NCBI GenBank assembly: GCA_036003045.1
Contig: DASYSS010000104.1
Coordinates: 94,901-158,900 of the forward strand
Origin: Gemmatimonadaceae bacterium
GTDB lineage: Bacteria > Gemmatimonadota > Gemmatimonadetes > Gemmatimonadales > Gemmatimonadaceae
DNA: 64,000 nt
Direction: 5' to 3'
The translations under genes were made by a program, and so were the position numbers. This document shows, piece by piece, positions 38,063 to 47,736 of the stretch; position 1 is the first letter of the stretch, and each line of letters begins with the position of its first letter. Under the pieces are notes generated by a model. The model was not told the DNA's origin and made no database searches. It was given only the letters and a program-made list of their open reading frames with translations.

Positions 38063-39661
38063 TCACTTGAGACGATCGTTCAACCAGTCGGCGATCGCTC
38101 CGAGCACCTCTGGCCGCACGTGCAGCGAAGGCAGTTTGGTGTAGCGCAGAGCGCCGCTCGCGTCGGCGAACGCACCGCTGGAGTCGGCGAGAAACAGGTG
38201 ATTCGTCGCCGGGAACATGCGCACGGTGACGTCACGGTTCCCTCCCGCGCGAAACGCGTCGGCGAGCAACCGCGCCTGCGCGGGCGGCACTTGCCGGTCG
38301 GTTTCGCCCTGGAGAATCAGCACCGGCGTCTTGACCTGACGCGCCGCCGTCGTGGGATCGTAGGCGAGGAAAAAGCCCAACCATCCGCCCTGCGCGCCCA
38401 GCGAATCGACCGAGCGCCCCGCCTTGGCGAGCGCCGAATCCCGAGTGGGGCCGCGCAGGTGCGCCACGCTGTCGATGACGTAGCGGTTCTGATCCATGAC
38501 GATCTCGCGCCCCTTGGATGCCGACCCCGCCATCAGCACGAGCCCTCGAAGCTTCGGGTCACCGACGGCGATCATGGGAGCGATGATCCCGCCTTCGCTG
38601 TGTCCCACGATGCCGATGCGGCTGCCGTCGATTTCAGGGCGGCTGCGGAGGTACGCGATCCCCGTGCGAATGTCGTTGGCGAAATCGGCGCTCGTCACGG
38701 AGGCCGGTCCCGCGTCCGACGCACCGACGCCTCGATCGTCGAGACGAAGCACGGCGATGCCCCGGCGGCCGAGCGTGTCGGCAAGCTCCCGGAATGGGCG
38801 ATATCCGGGAATCGCCCCGGACTGCTCGTCACGGTCCTCGGGCCCCGAGCCCGTGATCGTGATGACCGCCGGCACCTTCCCGCTCGGACGAACCTTCGGA
38901 ATCGTGAGCGTCCCCGCGAGATGCAGCTCGGTCGACGTCGTGACGACGACGTCCTCCGCGACGTACGGCGCATTGGGAGGCGCCGAGTAGTTCGTCGCCG
39001 GCGCCGCGCTGATCGCGCCGAGGGCCGCTCCTCGCGCGATGCGAATGCCCTGGGCGGGAATCACGCCGCCGAGCACGCGGCCGGTCGGCGACACGGCGAG
39101 ATCCATCGTGACGCCGGCGTACGCCACACGCACGGAATCCGCGCCCACGCGGGTCACGGTGCCGGCCAGCGGCTGGGGCGCGCCGATGACGAAGATCATC
39201 ACCGAGGCCGGATCGCCGCCGATCGCGCGGGCGCGCATCACGATTTGCTCGATGAAGCCGACCGCGGGGTTCACGATGGCGAGGGCGCCGGAAATGCTCG
39301 GGATCTTTGCCGGCGCCGCGTTTCCGATCTTGGCGACCACGCTGTCGCCGTCGATCGTGAAAGTCGCCGGATCGCCGGTCCCCTGCGACGAGCGAAAGGT
39401 TCGCAAATCCAGATGCGTGACGAGCGCGGAGCTGTTGAGCGTCGCGTCGTAGCTGACGCGAACGTTGCGCAGCCGGTCGCGAAATTCGCCGGACAGCTCC
39501 GTCGGCGTTCGGCTGTCGCGCTCCTCGAAGATCGTGTCGCCGCGGAGAAGGAGATAGAACGACGCGCGCTCCGGGCCAGGCTGCTGCGCCGGGAGGAGAT
39601 GCGCCGCGGCGGCAAGCGCCAACGGCAGCATGGTCGCCGGATGACAGGATCGAAGTCTCAT
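38063..39661 (-). CDS. Secreted alpha/beta-hydrolase (S9/dienelactone-hydrolase-like) with an N-terminal beta-rich domain
   Basis: The start MRLRSCHPATMLPLALAAAAHLLPAQ overlaps the upstream stop (ATGA). Nucleophile elbow IVGHSEGG. The ORF-track extension to 40285 overlaps the SdpI-like gene in another frame. Confidence 0.8.
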   Translation of the reverse strand: MRLRSCHPATMLPLALAAAAHLLPAQQPGPERASFYLLLRGDTIFEERDSRTPTELSGEFRDRLRNVRVSYDATLNSSALVTHLDLRTFRSSQGTGDPATFTIDGDSVVAKIGNAAPAKIPSISGALAIVNPAVGFIEQIVMRARAIGGDPASVMIFVIGAPQPLAGTVTRVGADSVRVAYAGVTMDLAVSPTGRVLGGVIPAQGIRIARGAALGAISAAPATNYSAPPNAPYVAEDVVVTTSTELHLAGTLTIPKVRPSGKVPAVITITGSGPEDRDEQSGAIPGYRPFRELADTLGRRGIAVLRLDDRGVGASDAGPASVTSADFANDIRTGIAYLRSRPEIDGSRIGIVGHSEGGIIAPMIAVGDPKLRGLVLMAGSASKGREIVMDQNRYVIDSVAHLRGPTRDSALAKAGRSVDSLGAQGGWLGFFLAYDPTTAARQVKTPVLILQGETDRQVPPAQARLLADAFRAGGNRDVTVRMFPATNHLFLADSSGAFADASGALRYTKLPSLHVRPEVLGAIADWLNDRLK

Positions 39662-40293
39662 TTGGCGGTCTCGTGTTTCCACACGAAGTAAGAGTAGGCA
39701 ATCAAGCCGAGCGACATCGCTCCGGCGACGACGATGAACGTGACGAACGCGACTTCGGCGGCGAAGAACGACGAGACGATCGCCAACACGCCGATCAACG
39801 TCATCACATAGCCGCCCACACGGTGCGTGCGCTCCCAAACGCGATCGTTGCTCAGCGTCCACGGCGTTCGAATGCCGAACCACCAATTCGGCTTGGCCCT
39901 TGGCAAGAGATTGCCGATGGCGACGAAGAACACGCCAACGACCGCCGGCATGAGCCGAATGAATGGAACGCGGCTGCCCATCGTCCCCGCGAGGAGGAGA
40001 AGATGGAGCGTGGTGACCATCGTGAGGATCAGATTCACGACGAGATCGTAGGTGTCCTGCATCTTCGCGTAATTGGCGCGGCGCGGATCGATTTTCGGCA
40101 GTCCGCGCAGGAGGCCCCAGAGCGCGAGGATCATCACCGGAACGATCACGGTTGGGACCCAGCGCGGTCCGTAGGCGTTTGGATTGCCCCGAATGTCGAA
40201 GTGGGTTGGCACGCGGTCGGGCAATCTTGGATAGACGACGATCGACGCGATTGTTGCGATCGCGACGAGAAGGACCGGGTACCACTTACGCAT
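39658..40293 (-). CDS. SdpI-family / DUF1648 membrane protein
   Basis: The sequence MRKWYPVLLVAIATIASIVVYPRLPDRVPTHFDIRGNPNAYGPRW is DUF1648. Further TM helices follow, with RTPWTLSNDRVWERTHR (SdpI-type). Confidence 0.85.
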   Translation of the reverse strand: MRKWYPVLLVAIATIASIVVYPRLPDRVPTHFDIRGNPNAYGPRWVPTVIVPVMILALWGLLRGLPKIDPRRANYAKMQDTYDLVVNLILTMVTTLHLLLLAGTMGSRVPFIRLMPAVVGVFFVAIGNLLPRAKPNWWFGIRTPWTLSNDRVWERTHRVGGYVMTLIGVLAIVSSFFAAEVAFVTFIVVAGAMSLGLIAYSYFVWKHETAK

Positions 40294-40576
40294 TGCGCCT
40301 GCCTCCGGGCTTGCCGCGCGGCGGCTTCACCCAATCGAGAATGTGCTCGACCAGGTCGTCGAACACCGTGGTATTGAGCTCGTAGACGATCTGCTGGCCC
40401 TGACGCTCTGAGCGCACCAGCTTGGCCTGTCGCAGCTGCGCGAGATGCCGGGACACGGTCGGCCACGCCGTCGTGAAGTGCTCGGCGATCTCCCCCGACG
40501 TGCGCGGTCCGTCGCGCAGGAGTCTCAAGATCTCCCGTCGCGTCGGGTCGGCCAGCGCTCTGAACGCGTCATTCAT
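40286..40576 (-). CDS. ArsR/SmtB-family (SdpR-like) transcriptional regulator
   Basis: FRALADPTRREILRLLRDGPRTSGEIAEHF...VSRHLAQLRQAKLV. It overlaps the SdpI-like gene by 8 bp. Confidence 0.9.
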   Translation of the reverse strand: MNDAFRALADPTRREILRLLRDGPRTSGEIAEHFTTAWPTVSRHLAQLRQAKLVRSERQGQQIVYELNTTVFDDLVEHILDWVKPPRGKPGGRRNA

Positions 40577-40594
40577 CCGCAGGCATCCGTTGCA

Positions 40595-40608
40595 TACTTA
40601 GCTAAGTA
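40595..40608. promoter_or_regulatory. 14-bp perfect palindrome, a candidate ArsR/SdpR operator
   Basis: TACTTAGCTAAGTA lies 19 bp upstream of the regulator start codon, in an unusually AT-rich patch. Confidence 0.45.
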
Positions 40609-40731
40609 CGTAAGCATTTGCGGCGAGGTTTCATCGTTCAACGATGGGCTCCCTCTCGCGCACGGAGTTCGTCTCGCGAATCCGGCCTAGACGCCCGCTC
40701 GGAGCCCAAAAGCTCACGCGCCAGGGCGGCC

Positions 40732-41622
40732 CTAACCGACCAACGACTCGAGCAGAGCCAGCATGCGGACGTCGTACGGATCCGGCGAAGGGTCTTCGCC
40801 GTCGATCTCCTCGTTCTCCTGCGGCGTCTCCAGCACGAGCGGGATTCCCAGCGAACGCCTGTCCTTGAGCAGCGCGCGAAAGGGTTCGACGCCGACGTGG
40901 CCTTCGCCGATCAGCGCGTGGCGATCCTTGTTCGATCCGAGCGGGTTGGCGCTGTCGTTCATGTGGACGAATCCCGGCGGCTCGCCGGTGGCCTGCTCGA
41001 ATTCGTCGAGCGCGCGCGTCATGCCGTCGTTCGCCGTGATCTCGTAGCCAGACGCGAGCAGGTGGCACGTGTCGAGACCGTAGCCCGTGCGAGCGCGCAG
41101 CTCCTTGGGAACGTGGCGAAGGATCGCCGCCACCTCGGCGGCCGTCTTGGCGAACGTGCGACCGGCGCCGGCGGTGTTCTCGACGAGCACTCGCGTCCTG
41201 CTCGTCGGTACGGTTTGCAGCGCGTGCACGATCGCTCCGGCCACGCGCTCGGCCGCGACCTCACGATCGTCGTCGAGCGCGGCGCCGGGATGGAAGCACA
41301 CTACGCCAAGGCCGAGCGCGGTAGAGCGCTCGAGCTCTTTGGCGAGACCGGCCTTGGCGCGCGCGTACTTCTCCTCCTCGTGCGTCGCCGTGTTCAGGAC
41401 GTACGCGGCATGCGCGATCACGTTCGCGGGGTCGATCTTCGTCTCGGTGAACGCCGCCTTCGCGCGCTCGACGCGGTCGGGCTTGATCGACGCTTTGTCG
41501 CCGTAGTACATCGGCAGCGTCGTGAAGAGTTGCATCGCCCGCATGCGACCGGCCCCCGCGCGCCGAATCGCCATGTGGAGGCCGCCGTTGTTGCTCGTGT
41601 GCGCGCCGAAGAGGTGCGTCAT
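40732..41622 (-). CDS. nfo: Endonuclease IV (AP endonuclease family 2)
   Basis: Motif-by-motif match to Nfo: GAHTSNNGGL, CFHPG, ENTAGAG, DTCH, HMND, DRHALIGEGHVG, IPLVLET. The ATGA start overlaps the upstream gene. Confidence 0.88.
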   Translation of the reverse strand: MTHLFGAHTSNNGGLHMAIRRAGAGRMRAMQLFTTLPMYYGDKASIKPDRVERAKAAFTETKIDPANVIAHAAYVLNTATHEEEKYARAKAGLAKELERSTALGLGVVCFHPGAALDDDREVAAERVAGAIVHALQTVPTSRTRVLVENTAGAGRTFAKTAAEVAAILRHVPKELRARTGYGLDTCHLLASGYEITANDGMTRALDEFEQATGEPPGFVHMNDSANPLGSNKDRHALIGEGHVGVEPFRALLKDRRSLGIPLVLETPQENEEIDGEDPSPDPYDVRMLALLESLVG

Positions 41623-42419
41623 TTGAGTCGTCCCACGCGCACCACGCGGGAATTCGCGGAATCGGCGCCGCCCGCCGCCATCCATGAGACGGCCACGTGA
41701 TCGCCCGCAAGAGCGACGTCCGGATCGCGGCCGATGTCCACGTCGCGCGATGCGGGAACGTGCCAGCCGAACGTGTGCCCCTGATCCTCCGAGATCGCGA
41801 CGTTGATCCGGCGCCGCGTCCCGTTCGCTTCTTCGTACGCGACGACGACGCGTTGATCCTGCGCCGCGATCGCCGTCGTCACGACACGCTCGCCGTAGAC
41901 GACCGGTACCGGCTCGTGCACCATGCCTCCCATCGTGTGCGCGAAGAACACGCCCCGGCCCTCCGGGGCGTGCAGCGAGTAGGCGACGAACACGTCGTCG
42001 CCGACGGTCGTCACCGAGGGAGCCGGACGGTCGCAGCCGGCTTTGCTCATGTCGGTGGTGTCCACGGCAAGACGCTTTGCCTCCGCCCAATTCCCGGTCG
42101 GTGTTGCGCTCGACACGAACAGCGTCGCGGCGCTGTCGGCTCGCATGCCCCACCATGCCGCGAAAACGTGCACTGTCCCCCTCACGCTTCGTACCGAACC
42201 CGGGCACACCACGACGTTGCTCGCGGAGATGGCCGCCGGCGGACTCGCCGCGGCGACGACGCTCGCGTGGCCGTTCGAATCGACCGTGAGACGCCCGAGT
42301 GTATCGGTCCGCGCCAGCTCGGCGGGGTCTTTCCACTCGATCGGCGCCTGGTCGCACGCCACGACCGCGCCGGCGAGCGCGGCAGCGGAGAAGAATCGGA
42401 CAACGTGATGGACGCGCAT
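41619..42419 (-). CDS. Hypothetical lipoprotein with an Asp-box (BNR/sialidase-fold-like)
   Basis: Lipobox AGAVVAC. SEDQGHTF matches SxDxGxT(W/F). The rest is beta-rich. Confidence 0.55.
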   Translation of the reverse strand: MRVHHVVRFFSAAALAGAVVACDQAPIEWKDPAELARTDTLGRLTVDSNGHASVVAAASPPAAISASNVVVCPGSVRSVRGTVHVFAAWWGMRADSAATLFVSSATPTGNWAEAKRLAVDTTDMSKAGCDRPAPSVTTVGDDVFVAYSLHAPEGRGVFFAHTMGGMVHEPVPVVYGERVVTTAIAAQDQRVVVAYEEANGTRRRINVAISEDQGHTFGWHVPASRDVDIGRDPDVALAGDHVAVSWMAAGGADSANSRVVRVGRLK

Positions 42420-42492
42420 GTGACGGGACGTTAGCGCCGACGCGGAAGGCGCAGAAGGGCGCTAACTTTTTGGCATTCCTTCCCTGGCCACA

Positions 42493-44217
<1,725 letters not shown>

Positions 44218-44221
44218 GCGG

Positions 44222-44263
44222 CCGGTGGACCGGTAGACCGGTGGATCGGTAGACGCGGAGGAT
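44222..44263. repeat. Tandem octamer array, CCGGTRGA-type, about 5 units
   Basis: CCGGTGGA CCGGTAGA CCGGTGGAT CGGTAGA CGCGGAGGAT fills almost the whole 49-bp gap between the convergent stops at 44217 and 44267. Confidence 0.6.
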
Positions 44264-44266
44264 CGC

Positions 44267-46912
44267 CTACTCCTCGCGCAACGAGACCATCGGGTCGGCG
44301 AGGCTCGCGCGGCGCGCGGGGATGTACGATGCGGCCAGGCCGATCACGCACATCGCGACGACGACTCCGCCGAGCGTGAGCGGGTCGCCGGGCGAAACAC
44401 CGTAGAGGATGGAGCGCATGACGCGTGTCGCGGCGACGGCGCCCACGACGCCGAGCAGTGCTCCAAGGCCTGCTAGGCGAAGGCCCTGCACCAACACGAG
44501 CGACACCAGCGCGCTCGATTCGGCGCCGAGCGCGCGCCGAATCCCGAACTCGCGGACGCGTTGGGCGACACCGTAGCTGATCACACCGTACAAGCCGATC
44601 GCGGCGATTAGCACCGCGGCGCCGGCGAATCCGAGCATCAATCCGGAGATCAGCCGGTCGGGCGCAACGTCCTCCGCGATCACTGCCTCCATCGTCGCGA
44701 CGCGCGTGACGGCGAGGTCGCGATCGAAATCGCGAATGACACGCTGGGCCGCTGGAGCGACGTCGAGCGGATTTCCGCGGGTCCGGATGACGAACTGCGC
44801 TTGTCGCCAGGGCCACTGCGCGATTGGCCGGTAGACCTCGCCGGGATACATCGCGACCGTGCGATTCCGCGCGCCGTACCGAGTGTCGCCCGCGATTCCG
44901 ACGATTTGCCAGTAGAGCGAATCGATTTTGATGTACTGTCCGATCGGGTCCGCGTGCTCAAAAAAGCGGCGGGCGACCGTCTCGTCGATGACAGCGACTC
45001 GCTGGGCGTCCGGTCGATCAGCCTCGGTGAAGGCGCGTCCGCGCTTGATCGGAATCTCGAGCGTCGAGAAATAGTCGGCGCCGGCGGGAATCATGCGCAC
45101 GCTGTAGCCGTGTCCCGGCCGTTCCGACTCGGTGCCGCGAATGCCAAAGCCGTTCGTGCTGGCCGCGTGCGTGTACGGCGCACCGTACACCGGCGCTGCT
45201 CGTACGACCCGCGGTAACGCGGCGAGAAGGCGCGCCAAGCGCTCGAACTTGAGCGAATCCGGCGGAGATGCGTCGCCGGGCGCATGAGGCGGTCCGGTCA
45301 CTCGAAACGTGAGCACGTGATCGCGGCGAAAGCCCGGCTCGACCGAGTGCAAGTTGCGAAGCGTTCGCGCGAGGAGACCCGCGGCCGCGAGGAGCACGAT
45401 CGCGAACGCGACTTCCGCGACGACCAGCGCTCGTCGCATGCGCGAAGCGCCGCCGGCCGACGTCGCGTTTCGGGCGCCGTCCTTGAGTACGTCCACCAAA
45501 GCGGGGCGTCCAAACCGCCAAGCCGGCCAAAGACCAATGACGAGCCCCGTGATCGCGCCCGTCCCGAGTGCGATGAGCAACGATGGGACGTCCATCCGCA
45601 TCGACGGCCAGTTGGGAAGGAGCTCAACGATGAAGGAAGGCATGGAGTCGCGCACGGCGCGCACCGCCGCCGCGGCCACCGCCGCACCTACGGCCCCGCT
45701 GGTCAAGGTGACGAGGACTGTCTCGGTGAGCAGCTGACGGGCGATGCGGCCACCGCTCGCTCCCATGGCGGCGCGCACGGCGATCTCCCTTTGGCGAACG
45801 GTGAGCCGCGCGATCAGTAGGCCCGCCAGATTGATGCACGCGATGAGCAGCACCATTCCGACGGCGACGAAGAGAAGGAGGTCCTCTCTGAGCTCGCCGC
45901 GCGACGGCGACAACCAATCGCGGAACGACATCGCATCGAGCGTCCAGTTTTTCATCGACGCCGGATATTCGACCGCCAGCCGCGCTCCGATCGCCGCCAG
46001 CTCGGCTCGCGCCTGCGCGAGCGTCACGCCAGGCCGGAGACGCGCGATGGCGTTGTCGTTCGTCCACGACCGATCACCGGCGTCGGCGGGTCCGAGAATC
46101 CGCGGCGCCCACACGACGGTTCCGCGCGGAAACGCAAAACGGTCGGCGACGACGCCGACGACCGTCCTTGGAACCGCGTCGAGCACGATCGTGGAACCGA
46201 TGATCGAAGAGTCTCCGCCGAAACGATTTCGCCACAGGTTTTCGGCAAGCACGACGACTCTGCGACCGTCGGCCGACGAATCCGCCGGGGTGATCGTTCG
46301 GCCGAGCATCGCGGGCAGACCGAGCACGTGGAACATCGCCGGCGTGACGAGCGCCCCGTTGATGATTTCCGTGTGCTCCGGACCGCGGAGGATGGCGCTC
46401 CAATCGGCGACGAGTGTGACTCCCGTGAGCGTCTTGGACTCGTCACGCACGGTCATGTAGTTGCCTTTCGCCAGACGCCAGCACGCATTGCAGTCGCCAC
46501 CGGTGCCCTGCGCGACGTGCACCAACTCTTCGGGGCTGGCCACCGACACGTCTGTCTGCGTCACCGTGCGCTCGATGGCGAATATCGTCGTCGTCGCGCC
46601 CACGCCGAGGCCGAGGGTCACGATCGTCGCCGCGGTGAAGCCGGCGCTCGCCCGCAGCTGGCGAACGGCATAGCGGAGGTCTTGGCCGAGGTCGTCGAAG
46701 ATGCGGAGTCCGACCGCGTCGCGGGCGTCGTCCTTGTGGCGCTCGATGCCGCCGAACGTCGCGGCGGCGACGCGTCGCGCTTCGTCGGCGCGTACGCCGC
46801 GGCGACTCAACTCGGCGGCTTCCATCTCGATGTGGAAGCGCATCTCGTCATCCATGTCACGCTCGCGCGCGGAGCGCTGGACGAACGACCGGAGCTTTCG
46901 CCAGAGAATCAT
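44267..46912 (-). CDS. ADOP-like duplicated FtsX/MacB permease (module B)
   Basis: The start MILWRKLRSFVQRSARERDMDDEMRFHIEME overlaps the padR stop (ATGA). Two FtsX halves. The C-terminus reads RRASLADPMVSLREE. Confidence 0.9.
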   Translation of the reverse strand: MILWRKLRSFVQRSARERDMDDEMRFHIEMEAAELSRRGVRADEARRVAAATFGGIERHKDDARDAVGLRIFDDLGQDLRYAVRQLRASAGFTAATIVTLGLGVGATTTIFAIERTVTQTDVSVASPEELVHVAQGTGGDCNACWRLAKGNYMTVRDESKTLTGVTLVADWSAILRGPEHTEIINGALVTPAMFHVLGLPAMLGRTITPADSSADGRRVVVLAENLWRNRFGGDSSIIGSTIVLDAVPRTVVGVVADRFAFPRGTVVWAPRILGPADAGDRSWTNDNAIARLRPGVTLAQARAELAAIGARLAVEYPASMKNWTLDAMSFRDWLSPSRGELREDLLLFVAVGMVLLIACINLAGLLIARLTVRQREIAVRAAMGASGGRIARQLLTETVLVTLTSGAVGAAVAAAAVRAVRDSMPSFIVELLPNWPSMRMDVPSLLIALGTGAITGLVIGLWPAWRFGRPALVDVLKDGARNATSAGGASRMRRALVVAEVAFAIVLLAAAGLLARTLRNLHSVEPGFRRDHVLTFRVTGPPHAPGDASPPDSLKFERLARLLAALPRVVRAAPVYGAPYTHAASTNGFGIRGTESERPGHGYSVRMIPAGADYFSTLEIPIKRGRAFTEADRPDAQRVAVIDETVARRFFEHADPIGQYIKIDSLYWQIVGIAGDTRYGARNRTVAMYPGEVYRPIAQWPWRQAQFVIRTRGNPLDVAPAAQRVIRDFDRDLAVTRVATMEAVIAEDVAPDRLISGLMLGFAGAAVLIAAIGLYGVISYGVAQRVREFGIRRALGAESSALVSLVLVQGLRLAGLGALLGVVGAVAATRVMRSILYGVSPGDPLTLGGVVVAMCVIGLAASYIPARRASLADPMVSLREE

Positions 46913-47238
46913 GACGCCTCGAGGACCTGTTCGATGGCCAGCGCAAAGCGGCGCCAATCGGCGCGCTCACCCGCGAATTCTTTGCGGCCCGCGGCCGTGA
47001 GCGTGTAGAACTTCGCGCGACGCCCCTCGTCAGACGTGCCCCACTCGGCGCGGATGAGTCCGCGCTCCTCGAGGCGGTAGAGCGCCGGATAGAGCGAGCC
47101 TTGGTTGATCTGGAGGACGTCTTTCGACCAGTCGCGGATCCGCTTGGATACTCCCCAGCCGTGCAGCGGCCCGGACAGCAGGCTCTTGAGGATGAGCAGG
47201 TCGAGTGTGCCCTGCAGGAGGTCGGCGCGTTCGGTCAT
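46909..47238 (-). CDS. PadR-family transcriptional regulator (module B)
   Basis: LLQGTLDLLILKSLLSGPLHGWGVSKRI...QGSLYPALYRLEERGLIRAEWG..EGRRAKFYTLT. Confidence 0.92.
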   Translation of the reverse strand: MTERADLLQGTLDLLILKSLLSGPLHGWGVSKRIRDWSKDVLQINQGSLYPALYRLEERGLIRAEWGTSDEGRRAKFYTLTAAGRKEFAGERADWRRFALAIEQVLEAS

Positions 47239-47262
47239 AAGCGGTTGGTTGGAGTTGCCTCA

Positions 47263-47300
47263 ACCTTCGACAACAGAATGCATCGCGTGTTGTCGAAGGT
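47263..47300. promoter_or_regulatory. 12-bp inverted repeat between the divergent padR genes, a candidate operator
   Basis: ACCTTCGACAAC (47263-47274) and GTTGTCGAAGGT (47289-47300) are separated by 14 bp containing ATGCAT. Confidence 0.4.
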
Positions 47301-47388
47301 CAAGGCATCGAGGGCGGCACCCTCCCCACACCCATTGCGCGTCTATGCCTCGACGTGTATCGTCTGAGGCCGGTCTCGCCTGGAGCGA

Positions 47389-47736
47389 ATGATGGCGCGT
47401 GACAAGGGTGATCTGCTGCAAGGCACGCTGACGCTGCTGATCCTGAAGGCACTCGTTGGCCAGGATCTGCACGGCTATAGCATTGCCCGCTGGATCGAGG
47501 ACGTCACGAAGCAAGCCCTCGCCATCGAGGAAGGCTCGCTGTATCCCGCGCTGCGTCGGCTCGAGGACCGCGGGCTCGTCACGTCGAAATGGACGCTGTC
47601 CGACACCGGCCGCCGAGTGCGCGTTTATGCGCTGTCGCGGACCGGGCGAGCGGAGCTCTCGACCGAGGCGACGGCGTGGATGCAGCTCTCGCGCGCCGTG
47701 ACCCTCGTGCTGCGCGCGGAGCCGTCCCTTGTCTGA
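47389..47736 (+). CDS. PadR-family transcriptional regulator (module C)
   Basis: LLQGTLTLLILKALVGQDLHGYSIARWI...EGSLYPALRRLEDRGLVTSKW. Confidence 0.92.
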   Translation: MMARDKGDLLQGTLTLLILKALVGQDLHGYSIARWIEDVTKQALAIEEGSLYPALRRLEDRGLVTSKWTLSDTGRRVRVYALSRTGRAELSTEATAWMQLSRAVTLVLRAEPSLV

